DNA from: a virus
Length of the DNA: 64,000 bases
Virus record (IMG/VR): IMGVR_UViG_3300032294_001228
Coordinates: 1 to 64,000 of that record
Direction: 5' to 3' (one strand)
The position numbers were made by a program, and so were the translations under genes. The notes beneath the pieces are model-generated. The model was not told the DNA's origin. It worked only from the letters and a program-made list of their open reading frames with translations, and did not search any database. Below, one piece after another: positions 1-7,608 of the stretch. Positions within the stretch are counted from its first letter, which is position 1. Every line of letters starts with the position of its first letter.

Positions 1-279
1 ACCACCGCCTTCTAACCATGCCACTGACTTGCCTTTAAGGATAGGACAAGTGCAACTTACTTCCTGATATTTTGTGCCAGCGTTATCTTCGATGATGTTA
101 CCTGTTTTAACGCAGGTCGAAGCCGCACATAATGCATATTCATAATCTGGATGATCACCACCGCACATAGCGATAGTGCCTGTAGGTGGAGTTGGAGCTT
201 TCTCATGTGGTTTACCTTCATGATCTGCCCATGCTGTGATGCTTAATGCTAATAATATAATGCCTAATAGTTGTTTCAT
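1..279 (-). CDS. Secreted Cys-rich hypothetical protein (partial, runs off window start)
   Basis: Manual translation MKQLLGIILLALSITAWADHEGKPHEK...CGGDHPDYEYALCAASTC...CTCP; signal peptide; AGGAG RBS at ~286-290 (minus); TAAATA box at 303-308 (minus). Confidence 0.7.
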   Translation of the reverse strand, partial: MKQLLGIILLALSITAWADHEGKPHEKAPTPPTGTIAMCGGDHPDYEYALCAASTCVKTGNIIEDNAGTKYQEVSCTCPILKGKSVAWLEGGG

Positions 280-411
280 TGAAAATCTCCTAGTGTTTAA
301 GTTATTTATGGTAAACGAATCGGTTGTAATATTCCTGCAATCTGTGTATAATAAATACTCATGTAGACCACAAGTCTATATAACTTAAATTAACCCAAAA
401 GGAAAATATCA

Positions 412-729
412 ATGAAAAAATCAGTAGTATTAGTATCTCTGGCTATCGCAGCCGCTTCAATCGCAACAGCATCAGCAACATTCGTGACATCTAACTCAAA
501 GCAAACTGAACTTGAACGTGCCGCTCGCATGGAAAACCTCAGTGTAGTAGCTGTGAAAAATGGTGATTATGAACTAGCATGCCGCGCTCAAACACAGGTA
601 GTTGATGCTTTAACCAAAGTGCAACTACGTGGTCAAGACCTAGTAGGTTCAGCTGTAGCACAAAAAGAAGACATTTGCCGTAAGGCTGGTGTTAGTGCAA
701 TGAACGAATATCGTTTCCTTGCTGGCTAA
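412..729 (+). CDS. Secreted hypothetical protein
   Basis: Signal-peptide-like N-terminus, AAGGA RBS, ATAAATA box at 351, followed by a terminator. Confidence 0.75.
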   Translation: MKKSVVLVSLAIAAASIATASATFVTSNSKQTELERAARMENLSVVAVKNGDYELACRAQTQVVDALTKVQLRGQDLVGSAVAQKEDICRKAGVSAMNEYRFLAG

Positions 730-741
730 TATCGTGTAGGT

Positions 742-769
742 AAAAAAGCCTGCTCCGGTGGGCTTTTTT
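742..769 (+). terminator. Rho-independent terminator (likely bidirectional)
   Basis: aaaaaagcctgc-tccg-gtgggctttttt hairpin with A and U tracts. Confidence 0.8.
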
Positions 770-770
770 G

Positions 771-799
771 TTGACTTTTCTTCAAAATTATCATATAAT
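771..799 (+). promoter_or_regulatory. sigma70-type promoter driving the ncRNA/tRNA cluster
   Basis: TTGACT-N17-TATAAT. Confidence 0.85.
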
Positions 800-806
800 A
801 ACTAGA

Positions 807-927
807 CTATTAAGTTAGAGTTCTCAGCCAACCAATTTATGATACATGCGGAGTAATTCTAGATAGCACCTTCCGACGGGTCATATGCTATTGTTGCAAC
901 AGTAGCACGAGAACTCTAACTTAATAG
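807..927 (+). ncRNA. Candidate structured RNA closed by a perfect 19-bp stem
   Basis: ctattaagttagagttctc (807-825) is the exact reverse complement of gagaactctaacttaatag (909-927); starts at the predicted +1 and ends 4 nt before the first tRNA; internal hairpins present. Confidence 0.6.
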
Positions 928-931
928 ACGC

Positions 932-1008
932 GGGCCTATAGCTCAGTTGGTTAGAGCAGAGGACTCATAATCCTTTGGTCCCTGGTTCGAGTCCAGGTGG
1001 GCCCACCA
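932..1008 (+). tRNA. tRNA-Ile2 (CAT, lysidine type; Met less likely)
   Basis: Cloverleaf GGGCCTA...TGGGCCC-ACCA; anticodon loop ctCATaa; body resembles bacterial Ile2 tRNAs; encoded CCA. Confidence 0.85.
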
Positions 1009-1015
1009 AAGTAAT

Positions 1016-1091
1016 GCACCCATCGTCTAGAGGCCTAGGACATCGCCCTTTCACGGCGAGAACAGGGATTCGAATTCCCTTGGGTGTACCA
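1016..1091 (+). tRNA. tRNA-Glu (TTC)
   Basis: Anticodon arm tcgcc-ctTTCac-ggcga, TTCGAA T-loop, encoded CCA. Confidence 0.92.
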
Positions 1092-1114
1092 GATTTTGTA
1101 GTAAATAGAGTAAC

Positions 1115-1199
1115 GCCGGCTTGCGCAGAGTGGGATTGCACCTGACTTGTAATCAGGCTTCGTAAGATAGAGAGTGTTCGATTCACTCAGCCGGCACCA
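1115..1199 (+). tRNA. tRNA-Thr (TGT) with atypical 14-nt variable region
   Basis: Acceptor GCCGGCT/AGCCGGC-ACCA, anticodon arm cctga-ctTGTaa-tcagg, T arm gagtg-ttcgatt-cactc. Confidence 0.8.
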
Positions 1200-1205
1200 A
1201 ATAGT

Positions 1206-1282
1206 TGGGGATTCGCCAAGTTGGTTAAGGCATCGGATTTTGATTCCGACATTCCTAGGTTCGAATCCTAGATCCCCAGCCA
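1206..1282 (+). tRNA. tRNA-Gln (TTG)
   Basis: TGGGGAT...ATCCCCA-GCCA; anticodon arm tcgga-ttTTGat-tccga. Confidence 0.92.
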
Positions 1283-1298
1283 AACACAGGAGAATAGT

Positions 1299-1439
1299 AT
1301 GTCTAAAGAATGGAAAGTAACATATAAAAAAACAGCTACAAGCAGAGAATTTTGGAAATTTTTTGAGTCTGAACAAAAGGCAAAAGTATTTGCAACTGTA
1401 CTCGGTGATCGTTGTGTAAGTATGAAAAAAATAGTATAA
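1299..1439 (+). CDS. 46-aa basic hypothetical protein inside the tRNA array
   Basis: AGGAG RBS; manual translation MSKEWKVTYKKTATSREFWKFFESEQKAKVFATVLGDRCVSMKKIV*; fills the gap between two tRNAs. Confidence 0.65.
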   Translation: MSKEWKVTYKKTATSREFWKFFESEQKAKVFATVLGDRCVSMKKIV

Positions 1440-1448
1440 TAAAGTTAC

Positions 1449-1533
1449 GCCCTGGTGGTGGAATTGGTAGACACACTGGTCTTAGAAGCCAGCGACGCGA
1501 GTCATGAGAGTTCGAGTCTCTCCTGGGGCACCA
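1449..1533 (+). tRNA. tRNA-Leu (TAG)
   Basis: Anticodon arm ctggt-ctTAGaa-gccag, long variable arm, encoded CCA. Confidence 0.92.
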
Positions 1534-1539
1534 AGTTTT

Positions 1540-1629
1540 GGAGAGTTGGCCGAGTGGTCGAAGGCAGCGGCTTGCTAAGCCGTCCTCCCAGTAATGGGAG
1601 CATAGGTTCGAATCCTATACTCTCCGCCA
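1540..1629 (+). tRNA. tRNA-Ser (GCT)
   Basis: GGAGAG...CTCTCC-GCCA; anticodon arm gcggc-ttGCTaa-gccgt; long variable arm. Confidence 0.92.
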
Positions 1630-1707
1630 AATTCGGTATCCCTAGCAACAATAACAATATAAAGAATCGTTGCAAGAACGCATAATTAACCCCTCTAAAA
1701 TTACAGA

Positions 1708-1715
1708 TATAAATA
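1708..1715 (+). promoter_or_regulatory. T4-late-like promoter box TATAAATA (representative of many)
   Basis: Same box or its TAAATA core precedes ORFs at 3937-3944(-), 4648, 13346(-), 27536, 29169, 33989, 35509, 50424, 51875, 56971, 59188, 62640(-), 63831. Confidence 0.7.
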
Positions 1716-1719
1716 TCTG

Positions 1720-2820
1720 ATGTCAAATAACTTCTGCCGGCACCTTAGTAACGGGTACAACATAGATGTCAAATGGGACAACACTCTCCAATGGAGGCCA
1801 TGCTGCCACTACGCCAAGAGTATTCCGTTACTTGATAAACAGGCAATAGAAAAAGAATTAGCATACACCTCTAGTGCAACTGGCTGGTTACCAGAATGCA
1901 GGGCCTGTCAGCAAATGGAAAATAGCGAAGCCAGTGCTACACATTCCCCTCGTATCTTTAGTTTTTATCGAAATCCTACTGAGCTAGAAACTGGTGAGTG
2001 CGGTTCATTGCAATTAAGCTTCGATGCAAGCTGCAATGCAGCCTGTTTAAGTTGCGGAAGTTACATCAGTGACACCTGGAAAAAATACGAGTACAAGCAT
2101 GGCATACGCGATATCGGACCGATAATCAATCACGCGGATAGACTAGCAGATCAGTTAATAGCTAACGTTGCAATGGACAAACTTGACGAGATTTTCATTC
2201 TAGGCGGAGAACCGTTTTACAGCGGATCTGGCAACAAAATTTTACGGCATTTACGAAACACCCACCCAGACATCAGTAAAGTCAAGCTACGATATCAAAC
2301 CAATGGTAGCATTATTCCGGATTTAGAAACCAGGGCCCTGTGGGAGGGGTTTGGCTCACTAGCAATCGGTTTTAGTCTCGACGGTGTCGGGGAAAGATTT
2401 GACTATCTGCGGTGGCCGCTTAAATGGACTAAAGTTGAGCAAACGGTTGCGAATATTCTAGAAACCACAAACGCTATAGTTACCACCAATTGTACTATTA
2501 ATCCGTTTAACGGTTTGTACTTTCAAGAAATAGTCGACTGGGCAACAGCAACTATTCCAGCGAATAGACGCAGATGGCTGGATCACCCTGTTCGCCCCAA
2601 TAGAGCAAATGGAATACTCGATCTTAATAAGACACCAATGGCTCTCAGAGAAGATATTATTAAAACCTATGGAGTCGATCATATATTGTCTAAAATTATT
2701 TCTAATTTAGAATTTTCTAACAACGCCCAAGAGATGCTTGACTACGTTAGCTTACATGATCAAATTCGTAAGCTCGACTGGAGGAGAACATTCCCTGACG
2801 TAGTAAAGTATTTTGCATAG
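1720..2820 (+). CDS. Radical SAM protein with N-terminal Twitch/SPASM-like Cys cluster
   Basis: CNAACLSC (CxxxCxxC), GGEP, TNG, SLDG motifs; N-terminal C...PCC...CxxC. Confidence 0.85.
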   Translation: MSNNFCRHLSNGYNIDVKWDNTLQWRPCCHYAKSIPLLDKQAIEKELAYTSSATGWLPECRACQQMENSEASATHSPRIFSFYRNPTELETGECGSLQLSFDASCNAACLSCGSYISDTWKKYEYKHGIRDIGPIINHADRLADQLIANVAMDKLDEIFILGGEPFYSGSGNKILRHLRNTHPDISKVKLRYQTNGSIIPDLETRALWEGFGSLAIGFSLDGVGERFDYLRWPLKWTKVEQTVANILETTNAIVTTNCTINPFNGLYFQEIVDWATATIPANRRRWLDHPVRPNRANGILDLNKTPMALREDIIKTYGVDHILSKIISNLEFSNNAQEMLDYVSLHDQIRKLDWRRTFPDVVKYFA

Positions 2821-2834
2821 ATTCAGAAATTTTA

Positions 2835-3932
2835 TTATGTAGGAAGAATGGGAATAATTTTATTTTTCTTCCCATAAGATGAATCAGATATGTCGGCAAT
2901 AACTTCAGTAGCACAAAATGTACATTGAGGTATTGGACCTTTAAGTTCAGCAGCTTTGACTGACGAATAGTTGTCAATGGTAATTGGTTGATACTGATGT
3001 ACTAATTCATTGGGCCACTCTATATTTTTTTGTTTTAAAAAATTAGACATAGTGGCCACTGTTGAACATTTATAAATTTTTGCGTCTAGCATAACGTGGC
3101 AATCTTTTGAAACACAATGATCGTGGGAGTTTTTAGGATCGCCTATATAAATAGAATCTTTATTTGCATTACCTGAGACAAGAAGATTCCAATTTGTAGA
3201 ACCCGATGGCATTTTAGTAAAAGCCCACGCAGGTCTTAAATGTATAGGTAATCCTAAACCAGTAATCAACCATGTTCCTGATTTTGTTCTATGACCTTTA
3301 ACTCCTTGCTCGTCGAACTCAAATTGGCTATTAAAATGAATTCTTGTGTCAGTGTGATCAATTTTCTGACAGTTACCAAATGCAGAATTTATATCTTTAA
3401 GTATTTTATCTTGATGATCTCGATCATGAAGATTGATGCAAAGAAAATATTTGTTGTCTACTAAAAGTTGATGTAGATTCTTAACTTTGGTAATATACGA
3501 TCCATTAGAGTCAATTTTAGCCCATGCATTGGGCCAAAGTTTTCTCAGACCTTCGACCCAACTTTTAAAATTTGGGTGCAATAACGGTTCTCCACCTAAA
3601 ATAGTGTACCATTCTAAATTAAGTAATTTGGCCCAGGGCTGATAAGATTCTATATCGAATTCGTAATGTCCGGTAAAATTAAAATTATTAAAACTGCGAC
3701 AGTCGCCGCAAGAAAGGTCACAGACATTAGTTATATAAAATTCAATATAATCTATAGTTAAGTTAAATGTGTATTCTTTAGTTAGCTCATCAAGAACAAA
3801 TTGCGGAATATTTTTTAGTGATTTAATATCCTCAAAACTTGGCCAGTCAGATCCAGCAAAAACACGATATTTTTCTTCGTCTAATAGATTTTTAATTACA
3901 TGCAGTTCTTGGAGAGTTAAGTTTTGTTGCAT
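2835..3932 (-). CDS. Radical SAM protein
   Basis: CDLSCGDC, GGEPLLHP, SNG; C-terminal Cys residues (C..C..YKC..CTFC). Confidence 0.85.
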   Translation of the reverse strand: MQQNLTLQELHVIKNLLDEEKYRVFAGSDWPSFEDIKSLKNIPQFVLDELTKEYTFNLTIDYIEFYITNVCDLSCGDCRSFNNFNFTGHYEFDIESYQPWAKLLNLEWYTILGGEPLLHPNFKSWVEGLRKLWPNAWAKIDSNGSYITKVKNLHQLLVDNKYFLCINLHDRDHQDKILKDINSAFGNCQKIDHTDTRIHFNSQFEFDEQGVKGHRTKSGTWLITGLGLPIHLRPAWAFTKMPSGSTNWNLLVSGNANKDSIYIGDPKNSHDHCVSKDCHVMLDAKIYKCSTVATMSNFLKQKNIEWPNELVHQYQPITIDNYSSVKAAELKGPIPQCTFCATEVIADISDSSYGKKNKIIPILPT

Positions 3933-3989
3933 ATTTTATTTATAATTGTATGGTTAAGTGCATTAAATTAGTAGCAGGAAACTTTACTT

Positions 3990-4616
3990 TCAATCTCTCA
4001 TTAATAAATTTCGTATTTTAGATGTCTGTAACTGATACCAGCGGTCTAAAAATTCCCTTTGCTTAGCAGTAGACGGTTCTCCGATAAGTTCTTGCGTCTT
4101 AATAAAATCTTCAAGTACAACACATTGATCTGGAACAAACACTTCTTTAATTTTTTTAACCATCGGATCTAAATTATTAGTTGATCCTTTAAGGATTTGT
4201 TTAAAATATTTTTGAATATTATCGGGTGCATTAAACTGTTTTCGGCTAACATCAGTGAACCAATAGGCTTGTTTATCGTAGGCCATTCTTAGTTGTAAGT
4301 GAATGTTAGTGTATAGTAAAATTTTATGAGTATTGTGGCTAATATATTGATTGATATCTAGCATATTACGACAAAAAAAGGGGTTACAGATCAAAAATAC
4401 ACTTGGTTTCTTAGATTCTTTAAGAACATTATTATCAGGCCAAATTTCAGTTTGCTTCCAACGACGAGGGTTGTCGATTAAATTTAAAGGATACTGAGTT
4501 TTTATCATTTCCTGTACTACTGGTATATCAAATTGATATTTTCCAGTTAGTAAAAGATAATAGTATAAGGCGAATCCACCAGATCCGCCTTGATACAGTA
4601 TAGTTACATTTTGCAT
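3990..4616 (-). CDS. Hypothetical protein, P-loop/sulfotransferase-like N-terminus
   Basis: ILYQGGSGG followed by a helix at the N-terminus; TAAATA box 5 nt upstream of ATG. Confidence 0.5.
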   Translation of the reverse strand: MQNVTILYQGGSGGFALYYYLLLTGKYQFDIPVVQEMIKTQYPLNLIDNPRRWKQTEIWPDNNVLKESKKPSVFLICNPFFCRNMLDINQYISHNTHKILLYTNIHLQLRMAYDKQAYWFTDVSRKQFNAPDNIQKYFKQILKGSTNNLDPMVKKIKEVFVPDQCVVLEDFIKTQELIGEPSTAKQREFLDRWYQLQTSKIRNLLMRD

Positions 4617-4660
4617 TACAATATTTACCTACCAGTATATTGACCACTATAAATATTATT

Positions 4661-6460
4661 ATGAAGTCTATTTTTATAATCTATATGCCCGGCCATGCTG
4701 GCAATTTCCTTACCAGATTGTTTAGTTTAAGCGAGACAACGTTTCCGCACTTAACAAAACATGAATTCAATAAATCAATGACCGCTAAAAAGATTGAAGA
4801 ATTTAATAGACTTGACCTTTATTCGTTTGAACAGAAAAAATTTTATGTAGGCTGGATGAGTTTTCACAAAGCATTTATAGGGTATCAACATTCTGATCAG
4901 ATAGAAACACTTACTCGGACATGTTCAAATATTTACTCCAGCGTTGTTTATTCTATTCACCCTGTAGAATTCTTAAAATTTTCATATAAAATTATGGAAA
5001 AAGATATAGATCTATATCATGTAGATTTAGATTTAGGTAAGTTTGGTGAGTGGGTTGAACAAAGCCGAAAACAATTAAAATTTATAACTAGACCCAATGA
5101 GGCCGATACCTTCTCAAAAATATCTTCAAGATATAATACTAAAGCAATTAGTTTAACAAAAATGCTTGAATCAGAAGATGCATTTCTAGATGAATATAAT
5201 AGATTATGCAAATTGATGAATCTTACACCAATAGAGACTCAAGCCATTGCGTTATATCGTAATTGGAAATCTATTAGACTAGACCAAAATTTATCAATTG
5301 AACAACCAACTACTAAAATACTTTCAAGGCCGCCACACGACGATTTTACTTTTTCGTTATTAAATTCGTTAATAAATTCCAAGTTGCCTTGCATAGATAA
5401 ATGTGAAACGTATTATTGTTGGGGCTCTCCTCCTAGCGATATTTTAGATTTTTTAACCAATTTGACCCCAACTAAACCCAACGTTATTATTGGCATTAAA
5501 GATCTGTTGGACCTATGGCGTGATTTTAATTGGTGGACTGATTCTATTCAAGATGGGCCAAAATTGCTAATAGAATTAGCTAATAAATTTCCCAACACAA
5601 ATTTTATTATTTTTACAAGTCTCGAAAAACTTGAACGTGAAATTAATGTTCCAAACATTCAGATTATTCCCTGGGGCGGTGACCTAACAAATCAAGCATT
5701 AGAATATCCATCACTCGAACCAGTGTTAGATAAAAACTTTGATTCCTCTAAAACATTTATTAGTTTAAATCGGCATGCCAGACAGCATCGATTGATTTTA
5801 TTAAGTTATTTGTTTGGCGCAGGATATGATACCAGCGGCGATATTAGTTATTTACATCAAGATGATCGAGACGATCTACTTAGTATAGTACCATGGGTCT
5901 TTGATGAATTGACCCACAAAATTATTAGAGAAAAGATACTAACAGGATTTAAACAAATTTACAATAATAAAACATTAATAACGGATGAGTTTGCAATCTA
6001 CGAAACTTTAGGTGAAAACAATAATTTTGATAATTTTAATAACAGATTACGCCACCGATACAAGGATAGCTTTGTAGAAATTGTCACAGAGTCATCTTTC
6101 AGTGCTCCTAGTTTTTTAGTTACTGAAAAAACACTTCACAGCATATATGGTTGTAATTTCCCTATAATACTCTCTGGAGTAGGATGTGTGCAACATTTAA
6201 GAGATATTGGATTTGATATGTTTGACGATATTATTGATCATAGTTATGATTTAATTGATAACCCTTTTGATCGTATTGTCGCAGCTGTAGAAAATAATCG
6301 TCAATTGTTACTTGATTCTGATTATGTTAAAAACTTATGGAAAATTAATAAGCAAAGATTTAAAAAAAATATAATACTTGCTCAAACTGATTTGTACAAC
6401 TGGTATCAAAGTCGAACAATATCAGAATTTAAAAAGATCAATTTAATTGACATTGAGTAA
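4661..6460 (+). CDS. Fusion of sulfotransferase-like N-domain and glycosyltransferase-like (TEK family) C-domain
   Basis: N-term YMPGHAGNFL; C-term EIVTE...TEKT...HLRDIGFDMFDDIIDHSYD shared with 13367 and 22557 ORFs; ATG 4661 lies just after TATAAATA. Confidence 0.6.
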   Translation: MKSIFIIYMPGHAGNFLTRLFSLSETTFPHLTKHEFNKSMTAKKIEEFNRLDLYSFEQKKFYVGWMSFHKAFIGYQHSDQIETLTRTCSNIYSSVVYSIHPVEFLKFSYKIMEKDIDLYHVDLDLGKFGEWVEQSRKQLKFITRPNEADTFSKISSRYNTKAISLTKMLESEDAFLDEYNRLCKLMNLTPIETQAIALYRNWKSIRLDQNLSIEQPTTKILSRPPHDDFTFSLLNSLINSKLPCIDKCETYYCWGSPPSDILDFLTNLTPTKPNVIIGIKDLLDLWRDFNWWTDSIQDGPKLLIELANKFPNTNFIIFTSLEKLEREINVPNIQIIPWGGDLTNQALEYPSLEPVLDKNFDSSKTFISLNRHARQHRLILLSYLFGAGYDTSGDISYLHQDDRDDLLSIVPWVFDELTHKIIREKILTGFKQIYNNKTLITDEFAIYETLGENNNFDNFNNRLRHRYKDSFVEIVTESSFSAPSFLVTEKTLHSIYGCNFPIILSGVGCVQHLRDIGFDMFDDIIDHSYDLIDNPFDRIVAAVENNRQLLLDSDYVKNLWKINKQRFKKNIILAQTDLYNWYQSRTISEFKKINLIDIE

Positions 6461-6475
6461 TTTTTTGTATATAAT
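6447..6475 (+). promoter_or_regulatory. sigma70-type promoter (overlapping ATAAATA)
   Basis: TTGACA-N17-TATAAT. Confidence 0.7.
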
Positions 6476-6515
6476 AAATAATCAATAATCAATTAGCTAA
6501 GGGAAACAATTATAA

Positions 6516-7553
6516 ATGAACAATATGGAATTTATTGACAATCCAGCAATCAATAGATATCTTTGTATGATAAACGATAAGTGGCGTAATCAATTTTTTT
6601 ATGACGCCTTACATAAACATGCAAAGGACAAAATAGTTTTAGATGTTGGCACTGGCACCGGACTACTTGCATTTTATGCTCTTTCAGCAGGCGCAAAATT
6701 TGTTTACTGCGTGGAAAGGTTATACGATGCCGCAGAATTAACCGATCAAATACTATCAAAACTTTTTGACAGATCTAGATTTAAAGTATTGCGTTGCGAT
6801 TTTTGGACGAATGAAATTGATAATCTGATTGACGATAAGATCGATATATTAGTAAGTGAAACTGTTGGTCCTGGATTATATGATCAAGGAATGTTCCATA
6901 CCTGGAATTATGCTAAGCCTTTTTTATCTGAATCAGCAATTAGTATACCTGACAGGTTACATTCTGATATTTGGCTCTGGTCTGGTGAAGATAACCTAGA
7001 CAATGTAGCACCAAAAGCTAAAAGAAATCTAGATATTAACACTATAAACCAGTTTAATAGAAACGCTTATTTTAATATCAATGATTATAGTTTGGATGAG
7101 TTATATGTGTCAGCAGTCATTGATAAAAATTATGCTCAAGCATTAATCGAAGTTGATCGTGAATGGTACAATAAAAATAAACAAAAAACTGTCCCACCTG
7201 TAAGGTGGGAATTAATTAACAGAATACGTGAAGAACCCTCTGAAAAACGTTTAGATATATTATCCTATACCTTAGATCAAGGACCAGAATTAGAATATAC
7301 TACCAAAAATTATCCGGAACATATCATTCCTAAAATTTCATTTGATTTAGACGTGCCAGATAAATCAGTGGTGGCATTTGTTCACAAAATGTCTTTTGAA
7401 TCAGAAACATTATATTTAAAAGACGCATCTTATATGCCCTGGAAAAAATCTCCAATGCTTTTTATTCCTGCTGCCGGCCAATATACTTTTACCTACAACA
7501 ATTCTATGATGGGTTTCCTTAGTTTAAAGGAGTGGATATATGAGGCAAAATAG
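6516..7553 (+). CDS. Class I SAM-dependent methyltransferase, PRMT-like
   Basis: MINDKWRN..FY.AL, VLDVGTGTGLLA, AGAKFVYCVE, DILVSE.VG motifs typical of protein arginine methyltransferases. Confidence 0.75.
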   Translation: MNNMEFIDNPAINRYLCMINDKWRNQFFYDALHKHAKDKIVLDVGTGTGLLAFYALSAGAKFVYCVERLYDAAELTDQILSKLFDRSRFKVLRCDFWTNEIDNLIDDKIDILVSETVGPGLYDQGMFHTWNYAKPFLSESAISIPDRLHSDIWLWSGEDNLDNVAPKAKRNLDINTINQFNRNAYFNINDYSLDELYVSAVIDKNYAQALIEVDREWYNKNKQKTVPPVRWELINRIREEPSEKRLDILSYTLDQGPELEYTTKNYPEHIIPKISFDLDVPDKSVVAFVHKMSFESETLYLKDASYMPWKKSPMLFIPAAGQYTFTYNNSMMGFLSLKEWIYEAK

Positions 7554-7608
7554 TAAATATTTAAAACATGGTTAGGATTGCAATTAGTCAAGAAAAATTA
7601 ATTTCACG

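Noticed and set aside
1115-1199. Reading this tRNA as Tyr(GTA) because of the long arm
   Set aside because: The 7-nt loop centres on TGT and the acceptor stem is Thr-like; GTA would be off-register.
965-1726. ORFs 965-1186(-), 1035-1376(-), 1455-1685(+), 1502-1726(-)
   Set aside because: Shadow frames over tRNA genes.
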